Origin: Mytilus trossulus
Taxonomy: Eukaryota
Direction of reading: 5' to 3'
Length of the DNA: 64,000 nucleotides
Assembly (NCBI RefSeq): GCF_036588685.1
Contig: NC_086381.1
Location: forward strand, 12,896,001-12,960,000
Shown: positions 37,891-51,800 of the stretch, piece by piece
Layout of the letters: each line of letters opens with the position of its first letter
How positions within the stretch are numbered: position 1 is the first letter of the stretch
The notes under the pieces: generated by a model
The model's input: the letters and a program-made list of their open reading frames with translations, nothing else
Databases searched by the model: none
What the model was told of the DNA's origin: nothing
Program-made: the position numbers and the translations under genes

Positions 37891-40832
37891 CATTTATGTC
37901 TCTTATTACTGGCATTGTACTGGCATTTCCTTATGCAGAAAATTGTGGATTTTCCCAGGTTTTATTGCTGGACAAACCTATCACTTGTACGACAGCGGCA
38001 TATAATTCATTTGTCTTTAAACAATGTTTTAGCAAAACAAACCAACATAAACCTGATGCATTTGTTTGTCCATAGTCAGGAACCTGATGTGCAGTGGTTG
38101 TCGTTTGTTGATGCGGTTCACAAATTGTTTTGGTTTTTGATATAAATTAGACCGTTGGTTTTTGCGTTTGAATGGTTTTATACTTGACTTTATTGGAGGG
38201 CCTTCATATCTTACCGTTCGATGTGAACCATGTCTCCGTATTGAAGATCGTACTTTGATGGTGAACATTTTCAAATTTCTACTTTGATGGAGAGTTGTCT
38301 CATTAGCACTCATACAACATCTACTTATATCTACATAATAAATATACTGTCAAAAGTTAGAGTATGGCAGTCAACCTTGTGCGTTATAACTTTTAATCAC
38401 TATAACAAAAACTAATATGTCAACAAATACAAAACAAATGGCATGTATAAATTCTTTGGACAAAGCACATAAGCGATCAACAATTTATAAACAAAACATT
38501 GAAAATAGTTGTTATATTATAACCAATGACGAATTTTTATTTTCCATGTTGAAGACCGTAATTTGACCTAAATCGCTTTTTCTTTTACAAAGTGTGGCTT
38601 CGATAGAGAGTTGTCTAATTTGCACCCATACCACATATTCTCATATATACACAAGCGATAAACAATATATACAATGGCATTGAAAAGGAGGTTATGTAAA
38701 ATTTTGAATAAAATATAACCGAATGAGGAATTATAATTTTTCACCAAAAAAATCAAATAGAATTGGTAAAATCATATTATTTGTTATTAATTATGACATG
38801 AGGTATGCTGTTCTTTGAGCCATAAACATTAAAAAAATGTTAATTGTATAATTCAATGAAGTTTATTATGATAATACTTAAATCTGCTCTTTGGATGTCA
38901 CTTATTTGTCAAAAACTATGAAACATAACCATTAAGGTCATCAATTTTTTTAAATTGTGTCAATTGGTGGCATATAAAAAATCCTTGTACTTTATAGATC
39001 TACATCTTAATGTTGTCTAAATACATAAGACATATATTCCTTTTTTTTTCAAATTATAAGTAAACTGGTATGGAGTTTCCATTCTTTAATCAGATGTTTA
39101 TCTATTTATGTGTACTTGACTTAAAGTATCATTTAGTCCTTGGCGAATTGAAACTTCCCAACTAAGTAAGAGAAATTTCCAAGGAATGAAATTATTTTTT
39201 CCTGGAAGTTTTCTATGTTTAACGTACCAAATACTTGATTTATTAGATTATATATTCTAATGATATAAAAAATTAACATTAATTGGAAAAAATATCAACA
39301 GTTACTACATTTCTATTTATGTCATACGAGAGCTATGGCAGAACGTCAGAACTCCTTATAGTGAAGCTGTATGGACTTGATTTTGATCAGTTGTTGTTGA
39401 TGGGGAAGACATTCTCGGAGTAAATTTCTATTCGGAAATGAAACTGCTTGAATAGTACATGCCTCTACTTAGTAGGTAATCCTCAGAAATAATATGTTGA
39501 TTTGTTTTGGAAATACCCTAACATATTTCAAAGTTTAATACTAACAAATTCCCCTTTTTTTAAATTATAAATATTAAATAAAAGTAAATTAAAAAGAAAA
39601 TAAAGTAGGGAAATAGATAGATAAATGAGTAAAGGAACAGATTACATATATGAACTCATAAAATAAATACCTATGTTATAAGAAAAACTTTCAGAAGCTG
39701 TTCTGGTTTTAAACAACCAGAATCTGTTCTTGGGTCAAAACCTTTTGAAGGTTATAGTTGTAATAAATTGTTAAATCATTTTATCACTTGGTTTGTCGAT
39801 TTCACCGATTTTATTCTATTCCACGTTGTGATATTTTGTATGCGCGTTCATTCGCATAGAGTGTAAAGCATAAATAGCAGCAGGAAAATGACACTGACAT
39901 TTTTAATGTTCTTGCGATCCCTTCAGTTTCAGTCTTTTACGTGTTTCCACTTAAAGTCGACAATACACATTGGCTAAAATTGATTTGGTTCGTATTAATT
40001 TTTAAAATATTGGAAAAAATAATAACTTTGACCCTCTGACAAAAAAGAAAAAAAAATCAAGATACTTAAACCACACACTTTCTTCGAAAAAAGTCATTTG
40101 GTATATAACAGTTTGTCAAACACTTATTGAAGCCATGAACTTAGATGACCCAAATGTCAGCCTCGTATATGCCACGTGTATATGGTAAGGTAGCAATATT
40201 ATGGAATAAACTATTGATTAATACATGAAGCCAATTGTAATGATTAAAATCGTATACATTGCATTGAGTTGTTAATTAACAAGCCAGCATCGTTAAACAT
40301 ACAATACAGAATTACATTGGCACCATGATCAAGGCGATCATCAGATATTTTTATATGCTAGAAGACGACCATGTGAGCTTTAACTAGATCATGAGAGGAA
40401 CATCATTTTTTTTGTTGAAACCTTTTGAAATAATAGTAAACAAAAGACCAAGAACAAACAATATCTGAAACGAAGAAATCGCAGAGCCAAGCATATACGT
40501 TGTGAAAGGTCTATGAACCACCAATACATATCGATCATCCATCAATTATTGAAAAGAAACTGACACGGAAAATATTCAGAACTGAAATCAGGACCAAGGA
40601 ACTAGAAAATATAACAACTTCAAAAACTCCAATAATGACGTAAATATGAGTACGTAGGCATAAACCAAAAGCAATATCTTCAAAAGTGACTTAAACATCG
40701 ATGGAGACATTTTAACAGTTTAGCAGTGCCAACTGAACATCCAACATTTAACTACCGCATTTACAGCTATGTGTATAGGACTAAAATATATTATCTTACA
40801 AAAAGGCTAGTGTTAAATAATATAAATTATAA

Positions 40833-41223
40833 ATGTAAATCCATAAAAGCGCTTCGGACGCATTGCAATTATTTAACGTGTTGTTTTCAATTTCATACAT
40901 CACTGGGTCGATACCTCTGCTGGTGGACTATCAGTCCGCAAGGGTATCATCAGCTCAGTAGTCAGTACTTCGGTACTGGATTTAACAAAGTTTTCTAAAA
41001 TTTTCCGTTTATAAATTTTGAAATTATTTAGAAACTAAGGGTTCAACTCCTTCAGGCAAAGTTGACTTTAGATGAATATGGATATCACTTTTAGGTATTT
41101 TTTGTCATATAGCTCGTCAACGGATTGCGTACTTATACATCCACGGATTACTAATGTTTGGCTTTGAGCGTTTCTGATGAATGTAAATCCAGGAAAGCGC
41201 TTCGGACGCATTGAAATTATTAA
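40833..41223 (+). mobile_element. Second retrozyme-like family unit (about 348-bp spacing)
   Basis: GTAAATCCA..AAAGCGCTTCGGACGCATTG occurs at about 40835 and about 41183. Confidence 0.6.
41168..41209 (+). ncRNA. Type-I hammerhead motif, second family, weak stem II
   Basis: GCGTTT-CTGATGA-ATGTAAATCCAG-GAAA-GCGCT-TC-GGACGC. Confidence 0.55.
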
Positions 41224-41617
41224 GTGCCAGTCTTTGTAAGAATCAGGCAATTTAGGGAAAAATAAAAACATGATCAGAAAAAACCCACCGAGCTAATCAT
41301 GCTATTTAATACTAACCATCGTCCTGAGTTAAAAATAATTGGTCTTTCGTTTGTGTGTGTCTGGTAATATCAAATAACTTGGTTAGAAAATTGGTTAGAA
41401 TGATAGCAAATTATAGCAAATTACAGAGTTATCTCCCCTTATTCGTTAATTTCTAGTGCATTTCAACCAAATTGTATCTTCAATTACCAGAACAGATAAT
41501 GGAAATAAATGTTATTTTTGTGCATAACTACATTTTATGAATTGAAATCAATGTCAAATTGGGTGGGTTTTTTTGGTCATGTTTTCACCACTGCCTGATT
41601 CTTAGGCAGACTGACAC
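41224..41617. mobile_element. TIR MITE with TTAA TSD (Kolobok-type)
   Basis: TTAA|GTGCCAGTCTTTGTAAGAATCAGGCA ... TGCCTGATTCTTAGGCAGACTGACAC|TTAA. The empty site ATTTAACGTG is at 40871. Confidence 0.8.
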
Positions 41618-44600
41618 TTAAACGTGTTGTTTTCAATTTTATTCTTTACAAGTGAACAAGTGGATGAATCTGTCGTAGAGTTTTAAGTTATTTAGACGTA
41701 CTTATGGTGGTGGAAATGCATTAAACTACTCAAGATAAGGTTGTCCCAAAGTGGGCGGAGAAAGATTTCGGTAAGGTAATATCATTAAAAAGATTAATAC
41801 TTTCTTAACAACAGAACGTGACTAAAACGTTCAGCTGATTCGTATGTAGCACCTTAAAGGATATAGGACATTTTCAAAAGTAAGATAAAAAGTAAAATAA
41901 CAAAAATATAGAACTCCCAGGATAGCGTCAGTCTGAATTTGTAACGAAGTTGTTATCATCTATCTCCATAAATGAATCAACGCGAATCCACACGTAGTAA
42001 ATCTTTTACATTGAATCGAGAATAGAACCCAACCAGGAACATTCAGATGCGTCAACTCTTTTTGGTATGGGAACATGCATAGGCATAAAATATCAATTGT
42101 GATATATAAACGCCATAAGGGTAGGCATATGGTTTGTTACTGCTGAGAAATGGAAAGTGAAAATTATCACGTTTCTCATACATTTTAGATTTGGATGTTT
42201 ATCAATATCGAGGAAAAGGGATATTGAATGGCTTATAAGGTATTTCTAAGTTGTGATGTTACACTATTAATCCAGGTAATAGTAACATGGTAAAGGTTAA
42301 TATATATCAAGTAGTTTAAACCCGATGCATTTGTTTGCACCTGTCCTAAGTCAGGAACCTGTTGTTCAGTGTCTGTCGTTTGTTCATTCAGAAGTGGTTC
42401 ATGCGGGTTTTTCGTTTTTATATAAATTAGACCGTTAATTTTCCCGTTTGAATGGTTTTACGCTTGTCATTTTACTTGGATGGAGAGTTGTCTCATTGGC
42501 ATTTATACCATCTCTCTTTTTTTTTATATCTAAGAAATTTAATTAATGGAAAAATTTATATTAAAAACAGGCCAATGTTTTGTTTAACCGAGTCTCACAG
42601 TATATCATTTATATCTTTGCAGATAACCTTTCCCTCATATGTCATTATACTAGTATGAAAAAAAAGTTACAATATTAACATCAGTTATAAAAGTATGACA
42701 ACTCTTGTATTTCATCTTTTATGTATTATAATTTTAGATGATGTGTTCTACTTTGTATAATAACGCATGTAAATATTCTTTCTAATTATAAAGTATTGGA
42801 AATAGGACATCAGATTAAGTTTCAGGAAGATATCATAGCTCAGATATTTAGATACGAATTAGATTTTTGAGTGGTACACTTAATCATGTCTTTTGACGGA
42901 CCGATAAGAACTTCTATTTTTGTTTGTTTTGTAAGAAAAAGGATGTCAGTGGTCTCCAGTGCATTCTCCGATTTCATGTTGGAGAATATGATCTGAGACA
43001 TTTTATGTAAGGATATTGGGGTATCATCAATGGCACAAAATCAGTACATGCAAAGCAAAAAACTCACAAAAAGCAAAGAAGCTTCCATTGCTGTTGTTCA
43101 TCTCAAAGTTACAAAGAGGCCTTCAACACGGAGAAAAAAACAAATATCACATCATGATCACTTCAAGTTTATTAAAACGACCCAAGCACCGACTATAGTG
43201 GAACTCTTTGCAATATATTTCGTTTAGACTTTGTAAAATGTAAAAACAACAAATCGGCCCGGTGTCAATAGACATATTTCCCATGTCCATTTTATCCGGA
43301 GGAAGTAAACAGATCGATCATGATTCCCCTGGAAAAAATGGAATGGTCCCAGTTTTCCCTTAGCAAGATGGGGCAAAACCAGGACCAATCCTATCTATTT
43401 TCTGTAGTTTCACGAGAAGCTAATTGTATCCCTGGTAGTAAAAGTCGACAAAAGTTTGTTGGAATATATTAATCCATGATCACGCCCATGAACCATGTGC
43501 ATGTGCTAGTAAGCATACTATGTTCAACAACATGAAATACCCATACTGTAAAGTCGGCTATTAAAGGCTTAGCACGAGTAGGTCATAAGGACCAAAAGTC
43601 AAACCCATTGCCTAATTGTAGCTCACTTGCTAATACCCTCACCTTAGAAATGTATTAAGGTCTACTTGGTAAACTGTGTTAAGATTTTAAAAAATCATGG
43701 CAAAACATTGTCCCTTTTTTAAATCTTTGATTGATATGGTTTTCTCAGTATTTGTGGAATAGTTTGTCTGTATTGAAGCACCACATTTATCAAGGGTATA
43801 CAGCAAACTTGTGGTTGCTCCCTTTAGTATGAAGTTTTGTCTTCTGTAAATAAATATGTCCATAGTTCTGTTTAATTCTAGCGTAAAATCCTTTCAACAT
43901 ATTTGCACCAATAAGTAATGTAACTACGATGTAGCGTATAATGTCGGAAGCAATGATGCATATTTATAAGGATATCTTTTAATCGTGGGCTATCCCTTTC
44001 ATTTATAACGCTTTGAGATCTGAATAAATTGTTTTGACATATTTGGTTAATACTTGGGATAACCTCTTGCCATTTTTAAAAGAAATATCTACCTTTGAAA
44101 CGGATAAACGTTTCCCTCCGTATAGTAAAACGCTTTCCATACACGATAATTTGTGCCCTGCAATCAAAACGGAATATTTCGGATATTTGGACAAATAAAT
44201 GAATGTGAACCTTTTTCAGAATGGTTACACGTTCGTAAAAGGTTCTAGACCTTAACATCATTCTTTGATTCCAGACATGTTTGTCCTAAAAAAGAACACA
44301 ATTATAACCTTACATTTGTTGTATGCATCCCAAGCCGATAAAAACCGCAGATTATTGAATAAGTCCAGAGTACATGGTCATATGTTACATGTATATGTGT
44401 TTGCGACAATACTGCAAATTCTGTAATAAACGACTGTTTTATGTAAAAGGTACAATTAATTTCATCCTTAATTATCCTGATGATCAAACTTATACAAACT
44501 TTACATTCAGCTGGAAAAAAATATTGAAATGTAAGATGACAAAAACAGTTTTTTTGAGAAAACTGTGAAATACTCTGATTGTCAAATATTGAACAGTTTA

Positions 44601-45544
44601 CCAAAAAAAAAAAAAAAAGATGAATAATACACTTGTATCTTATGAAACAGAATGGTATAAGGCAGATTTCTATGCTTTTCTATTAATATACGTAACATTA
44701 TATATTTTTTATATATCATTGAAATATTGTATGTACTTTATGAATATGAAAATATCGTTTTAAAGACTTGAAAGAAGATACTTTTAAACTAATGGGCGTA
44801 TCATCTTAATATCAAGCATATTATTTATGAATTTATTTAGAGTGGGATCTAACACCAAGTTGAATTGTTTTAAATTATTGTTTTAGAGTTACAAACTAGA
44901 AGTTTAGTGTATTCGATTAGCATGAGCTCAGCAGCTATGAGTTTGACTCTCCCTCTTGTATCTTTCGTCCGTTTTATAAAGCTATTTCATTTGAAGAATG
45001 AATTATAATCCGCAGATGGTAATTATTTGTTTTTATCTCTGTTGTTATTAACAGCTTTTTAAGACTTTTTGTTGTCTTGAATGTTTCTTGGTTTGTTTTT
45101 ATCGTCGGGTTGCTTTCATATTGATGTAAATCCTAAATCTTCTTTTATTGCTTATAGAAATGAAGTCCTCTTTTATTCAAAATCAACATGTTTCTTTCAT
45201 GCTGTAGAACTAATTAGTTACTTTATGTAGGGCTCTTAAACTTTGCTGCTACCACCTTCGTTTACAGGTACACAGGGAACCTGAATAGACTAGAAATGAC
45301 TAGTCGCATAGTTAATAAAACAAATTGACACCGCAATGTAGAGGCAAAACCTCTAAATTGAACACATACAAACTATCACTCAAAAAGTGGAAATGCACGA
45401 GACAAAACCATAAGACTATCACACAAATGCATATCCAATGATCAGTTACAAAAATCTAGGTATGCAAGGAGGCACACTTTTAACGGAGCAGATAAGTCCT
45501 TTGATGAAGGAGAACACTTGTCTTCGTTTTGCAGTATTAAGATT

Positions 45545-45822
45545 TTATGTTTCAAAATGATAGTCTACCTCGCTGTCTTTCCCATATTTATATATTTCGA
45601 ACAAGTATTTTCTAGCTATCGGTTCCTCTTTGTCTTCGAAAACATCTTGTCTTTTGCGATTTTTATGATGAACATAAATTGCGATAGTAACTATAATTAA
45701 TGTAATTACTATACCAACTCCAATACCAATCATGAGTACATTTTGAGTAGGCTTTTGTATTACAGCTTCGGTTGTATTAGTTGCAGTTATTTCTTTATAA
45801 CTACGAGTAATGTCCATATAGT
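45545..45822 (-). CDS. Paralog C exon 11: juxtamembrane, TM and cytoplasmic tail
   Basis: [23 protein letters not shown] followed by basic HHKNRKR and a tail ending DYHFET*. Confidence 0.85.
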
Positions 45823-48800
45823 CTACAAAAAGAAATATTCACTATTTTTACTGAAATTCTAAAATCAACATAATTTTACTTAAAATGGAAACAATGACGT
45901 ATGCGACTAGTAGAACCGGAACTTTTTACCCTTATCGTTCATCGATTTTCATCTTATAAAGCTGATAAAAAGCCTTTTGCTGAAAATGTTTAAAGATAAA
46001 TGGGTGTCCTTGTTCTTGAAGTTATTGTTTATACTGTATGTCATAGTAAATGTTTTTACTTTCAGTTCTTTTTCAAAAAGTGACCAATAAAAATAATACC
46101 TGTAGGCGATGCTGCTAATTCTTCTGTTTTTACTAGACGGGTAACTGTTGTTGCCAAACTTGACGAGGCTTCAGTGGTTCCAATACGTCTACGATATATT
46201 GTTGTGGTTTCTGAACCTGACTTGCTTGTATCAATTGCCGTTGTTTCTTGGTAACTGAGAGTACTGTCCGTATAATCTACATATAAAAAACTATGTATTA
46301 GAGTTGAATATTCCGTATCTACATCTTTTTCTTGCAGTTGATTACTATGAGTATTGTCCGTAAAATCTAGAAATTCAAGTATTCATTAAAGCTGTACCTT
46401 ATTCAATCATTTCCATATTTTTACTGAAGCCATAAATCAAACAGAATCAAACTTGACACCAAACAAAACCATTTTACTTAAAATATTTAAAGAGTAATGG
46501 ATGTCCTAGTTCTTGAAATTATTTTGTATACTATCCATTGTTATAGTTTTCAAAAAGTGATTGATATAAATAATACCTGTATGGGAAGCTGCTAATTCAT
46601 CTGTTGTTTTAACTAGACGGGTTACTGTTGTTGTCAAACTTGATGGGGCTTCAGTGGTTTCGAAAGGTATATGATACATCGCTGTGGTTTGCACATCTGA
46701 CTCAGTTGTATCGATTGCAGTTTTTTCTAGGTAACGAAGAGTGCTGTCTGTATAATCTACAAATTCAAATATTCTCTATAGCTTTATTGATATTTAAAAT
46801 TATTATATCATTTCTATTTTTCACTCAATGCCACTTATCACCAGAATTTAAACTGTCATGAACAAAATGACGAATGTGACATTTGGAACCGGAATCGTTA
46901 AACCTTCCCATCCACCGGGGTTTACCTTATGTTTAATAGGTGTGCGTTGTTTTTTGTATAACTTTAAATTTTTGCATAGATTCATGAATATATTTATATA
47001 AATGGAACATAGAAAATGTTTAAATATTGATTATAATTGGTTTTTTTTCAATGTTAAACGTTCAGTAGTATTTAAAAAGCGATCAATATGAATAACACCT
47101 GTAAGGGAAACTGTAAATTCTTCTGTTGTTTTAGATATACCGTTAACTGTCATTGCTAAACTTGACGAGGCTTCAGTGGTTTCGAAAGGTATATGATACA
47201 TCGCTGTGGTTTGCACATCTGACTCAGTTGTATCGATTGCCGTTGTTTCTTTGTAACGAAGAGTACTGTCTGTATGATCTACATATAAAAATCTATGTTA
47301 TAAGGTTAAATATTCCGTATTTACATCTTTAGCTAAACAGGTCTTTACAAAATAATTCAACTGGTTATAAGCAATAACGACGGATTTAATTTGTTGAATA
47401 GGAACTGTTCATCGCATTTAAGTTTATGTTAATTTATAAACCATTTAAAGTCTCCGCAACACTGATAACTGAGCTGACGAGACGGTATAGTGTCACATAT
47501 TCATATAGAGTACTCGCAATAAACTCGATATTAAACAGTAATATCTTGAAAACGTCAGCAGTTACAACGTAAAGTTTTCACAGTTGACTACGACTGTCTT
47601 CCAAGCTATTATTAGCAGAAATCTATAATAAAAAATGGCGTTACATGTCACATTACATTCAAAAAAGTTCTGAAGTCTCTTAATAAGACAACTTCTGCCT
47701 GGAAGCCAATAACAACAACCGAAATAATCAAGTAGATTTTTTAAGTACATACATTACGTAAGTTTGTGATAAAAGTAAATAAATCAATAACCAAAAATAA
47801 TTATCACCAGGACACTGAATTTTTGCTTGTGTTTATTACAGAAATATATGTTTGAGGATTTTCGAATTAATAGTAATGCAATAATCATGGAACAGATCAA
47901 AGACATATATTGAAATACTTATCCATTTAGCGTAATTGTATCAGTAAACCAACTTATTTTTCATAAAAATCACATTTTTTCTTCAAAAAAGTTTTACATA
48001 ACATGAGTTTGAACATATCTTGTTAATGTATAATGAAGATTACCAAAGGTTAGATTTAACAGCGTAAACCTTATCGCCATCCCCATTGATTAGCGATGAA
48101 AAAACAGTTGTATAGTGTAAGACCAAACTTTAAAAAAAAAACATTAGCTATAAAATGAGCATTACTTTATTGTGGTAATGCACACGTTTGATATTTTATT
48201 AGTAGATAGACCAGTTACTGTCATACCTGAATCTAGACTCTATTTGATAACAATATCTATTAATCTGAATATGAATACAATAATTTGTTATAGAAAGCAG
48301 TAACTAGAGAAGAAGTTTGTCTTATAAACCCTACACAGTCGGTGACTTCATAAAGCAAAGACGTCATGCCATCGACTTTTTTACAACCTTTTATTTTTTT
48401 ATTTTTTTTTTGACATATGTGTTCCTTTTTATAGTGATTATGCGACTGTCATACAAGTAAAAGGTTTAGTTAGTTTTAAAACTAGGTTTTTACAACCATT
48501 GTGTAAATAAGAAAACGCATAGACCAAGTCAGGAATAGGACAGTTGTTTTCGATTCCTTTCGAGTTATTAGCTTTTGATTTTCACGTTTGATTATGAACT
48601 TCTAGGATATCCAAATTCATGTATTTAGTTTTGATGTTATATTTCTTATTCGCATCGGACTTTGTCTAATGCTTAGTTCGTTTCTGTGGGAGTTTCTCTC
48701 GGTTTTGGTTTATGATCCGGATTTGTTGTTTTTTCTATCGATTTGTGAGTTTTGAACATCGGTATACTACTGTTGCCTATATTTATTTCCGATTGGATAT

Positions 48801-51800
48801 TTTTGAGGGTATTTTTCTTTCTAATATCTCTGCACTTTATAATAAAAGATGTGTTAATGATAACACACGGCATTTGTTACAGCAGTGAGCTGACAGTTAC
48901 TGTTGCAACAGTATTGCAATTTCTAGTCAGAATATCTAATTGATTATACAATACAGATAATTATAATACTTTTATTGACCTACTGCAAGATTGATGATCA
49001 ATTGTAAAACGTACCGTCTGAACAGTTGTACAGTTTAGGATCATCTACAGAAATATCACTCAAGTAACTTTTTAACTTCATGCCTTCAATTATGAACTGA
49101 AAATGTCAACACAATATTATGTTCTTTGTGAAGATTGTAATTCAAAATGCAATTATCTGTTAAGATGTAATGCTACATAACAATTGCTTTTTTAAACTTA
49201 TATCGCATTTTCTTTTAATTCGGATTCACCTGGTTTTAAATGAACTGTTTGATACTATTAAATTAAAATAATGTACATCATAGCATTAAAAACCTAAATG
49301 TAATTCGATTTACCAACTCAAGAACGTTTATACACGTTAAAAGCAAAATATTTTTAAGAAATCACAAAAACCATAAGTTTCATTACAAACAAATGTTTCT
49401 ATTTTACATTTTCTACTTGGATTCACCGAATGGGCCTAAAGGAACTGTGTGACCATGGAAGACAAATGTACATACAAGCATTAAATGATGCATAATGAAT
49501 CAATGTACTTCATATTCAACAAAACCATCTAAGGCCAACCTGTTAAGTTATGATCTCTACCTGTTACCAATCTAAGTGAAATAAATCATGACCAAATACA
49601 AAAAAATGGCTACTCGGTCGTTTGTTTCAACAGATTCAACTTTACTGCAATAAAAATGGACCACAAAATAGAAACATTCTTTGATAATAAAACAAAAAAT
49701 AGAAAAATAGCCACTGAATTGTGCATCTTAAAATTTTGTTTAAAAACGTTTCGTCAGGAAGAACAAGAAAAAAATCCATTTTCGGTTCGCGTTTAAACGT
49801 TGCAGATCTCTTTGAATGAAAAAAAAAGACAGTGATTCCGATAACTTAAGTGTCAGCCGTTTGGTATAGTTTTCCGGATAAAACATACATGAACATGTAC
49901 ATTGTCAGAAAATATGAAATTTGATAGTACAAGCTACGAAATATACATACACTGTAAATTATTTTTTTTTATCGAATAATGATTTTGAAGATCTACCTTT
50001 TTTTAGCCTAAAGACTTTTAAAGATGACCACCATGAAATATGGGTAACATTTTATAAATTTTGTTCAATAAGGTAATTGGTATAAGCACTGTCACCCTAT
50101 TCTTAATGATGTATGTCAATATCTTTACTAGAATGATGTTCGTGAATTTGTTTATAAAAGTTTACAAATCAAATGTCCACCATCTTTAAAATGGCCTCAT
50201 TTCCCACCAGTTTTGAATTTTTAGAGTGGGTTCATTGCGAACATGTTTTGAATGACATATTCTGCACTTATGCTAATTTCTATGCTTTTACTACAATTTG
50301 AGCATTTTTGCCAAAAATGCCAAAAATAACTCTTACGTGCTTACATTATGCAGAATTTATGATTAATGTGCTTCTTACATAAAATTGCTCAAACAGAGGT
50401 TAGAACAAAAAGGAATGAACTTGACAATTCTTGAGCTCCACTCACATCGGATTTTGTCTAATGCTTAGTTCGTTTCTGTGTGTGTTACATTTTAGTGATG
50501 TGTCGTCGTTTTCCTCTTATACTTTCCCTCAGTTTTAGTTGTTAACCAGTATTTTTTTCTATCGATTTATGAAATTTGAACATCAGTATATTACTGTTGC
50601 CTTTATTTACAAAAACAATCATGAATTGAATTAATGACACGAGCTGAAAATATGATTTTGCGTTGTTAGATCTTATTATATCAGAATAGTTGTCTGATTT
50701 GTAAGTTACCTTTGGAATGAGTTAGAATTCTAATTGTAGGTAATGCATGTAATGCAGAAGATAGCATTGTATTGATGCGGAACACAACATAATCTCTTTT
50801 AAACGTATAGTTTGAAATTAAGGTGGCTATCACATGCAAAGATACCCTAAAAGACGTTTTTCGTTCTCCAACTGGAAATTGTTTTTTTATCCATTCGTCC
50901 CCTTGATTCCCAGAAACTTCAAACCTTGCTGTGTGTGATAACGTATCAGTTTGTCCCATGTCTTCAATATATATCTTTAATCTTCCAACTTCTGTTTAAA
51001 AAATAAATAAATATGAGTTTCTTGTTTTTTTTATGAATACAAGTAATACATTATGGCAATGTGATGAAAATGTCATTTCATCAAAGAAGCCCGGTTATTT
51101 AATTTCACATTCAGATATATTGATTTCCTATTAACAACTCTATCTTTTCTTATCTGTTTCCATTAATACAGCCACCATAAAAAGAAATAAAACAAACAGC
51201 AGACACTGCTTCCTTCACCTCATTTTAAGACTTATACTTCAAATTTGACATAAACAATCATCTCAGTACAGGAATCTATGACAAGCGAGACGATTTTGAT
51301 TTGGCAATTTTCAATTTCCTCCACGTAAGTTACATTATCTTACTTCTTATACAATTCAAGAAATGTGATTGATTAAAAGCGCCCTCGTGGAGATCGTGTA
51401 TATTTCTTATTAGGTTAGTAGGGAGGAGGGGCTTATCTCATACACGGTATGTAGTGGTGTTACGTCCCTTTATATACCATATAAGGTAGAAGGGAGGCGG
51501 GGTGTATTTCATACACGGTGAGTAGTGGTGTTGCGTTCCTTAAGAAAAACAAAACGGTACTGAGAAAAAATACGTAAAGGTTTCAACAGACGAAGAAATT
51601 GCTTATTAAGCATGAAATATATTCATAAAACACATTTAAACCTAACAAGTTGTTATTGTTGGTATCTGTTTGTGTAGGATCAATGAAAGTAGTTTCTTAA
51701 TGCTATCAGTATGGAAGACTTGCTCATTTTGATAGGTCACTAGTCTAAATTTTACACGTTCAGATAGTTGGTAAGATAAATTTATTACAAAGTGTGCTAG

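Noticed and set aside
45545-45680. ITIM/ITAM in the cytoplasmic tail of paralog C
   Set aside because: Four tyrosines are present, but none fits YxxL/I/V with the required context.
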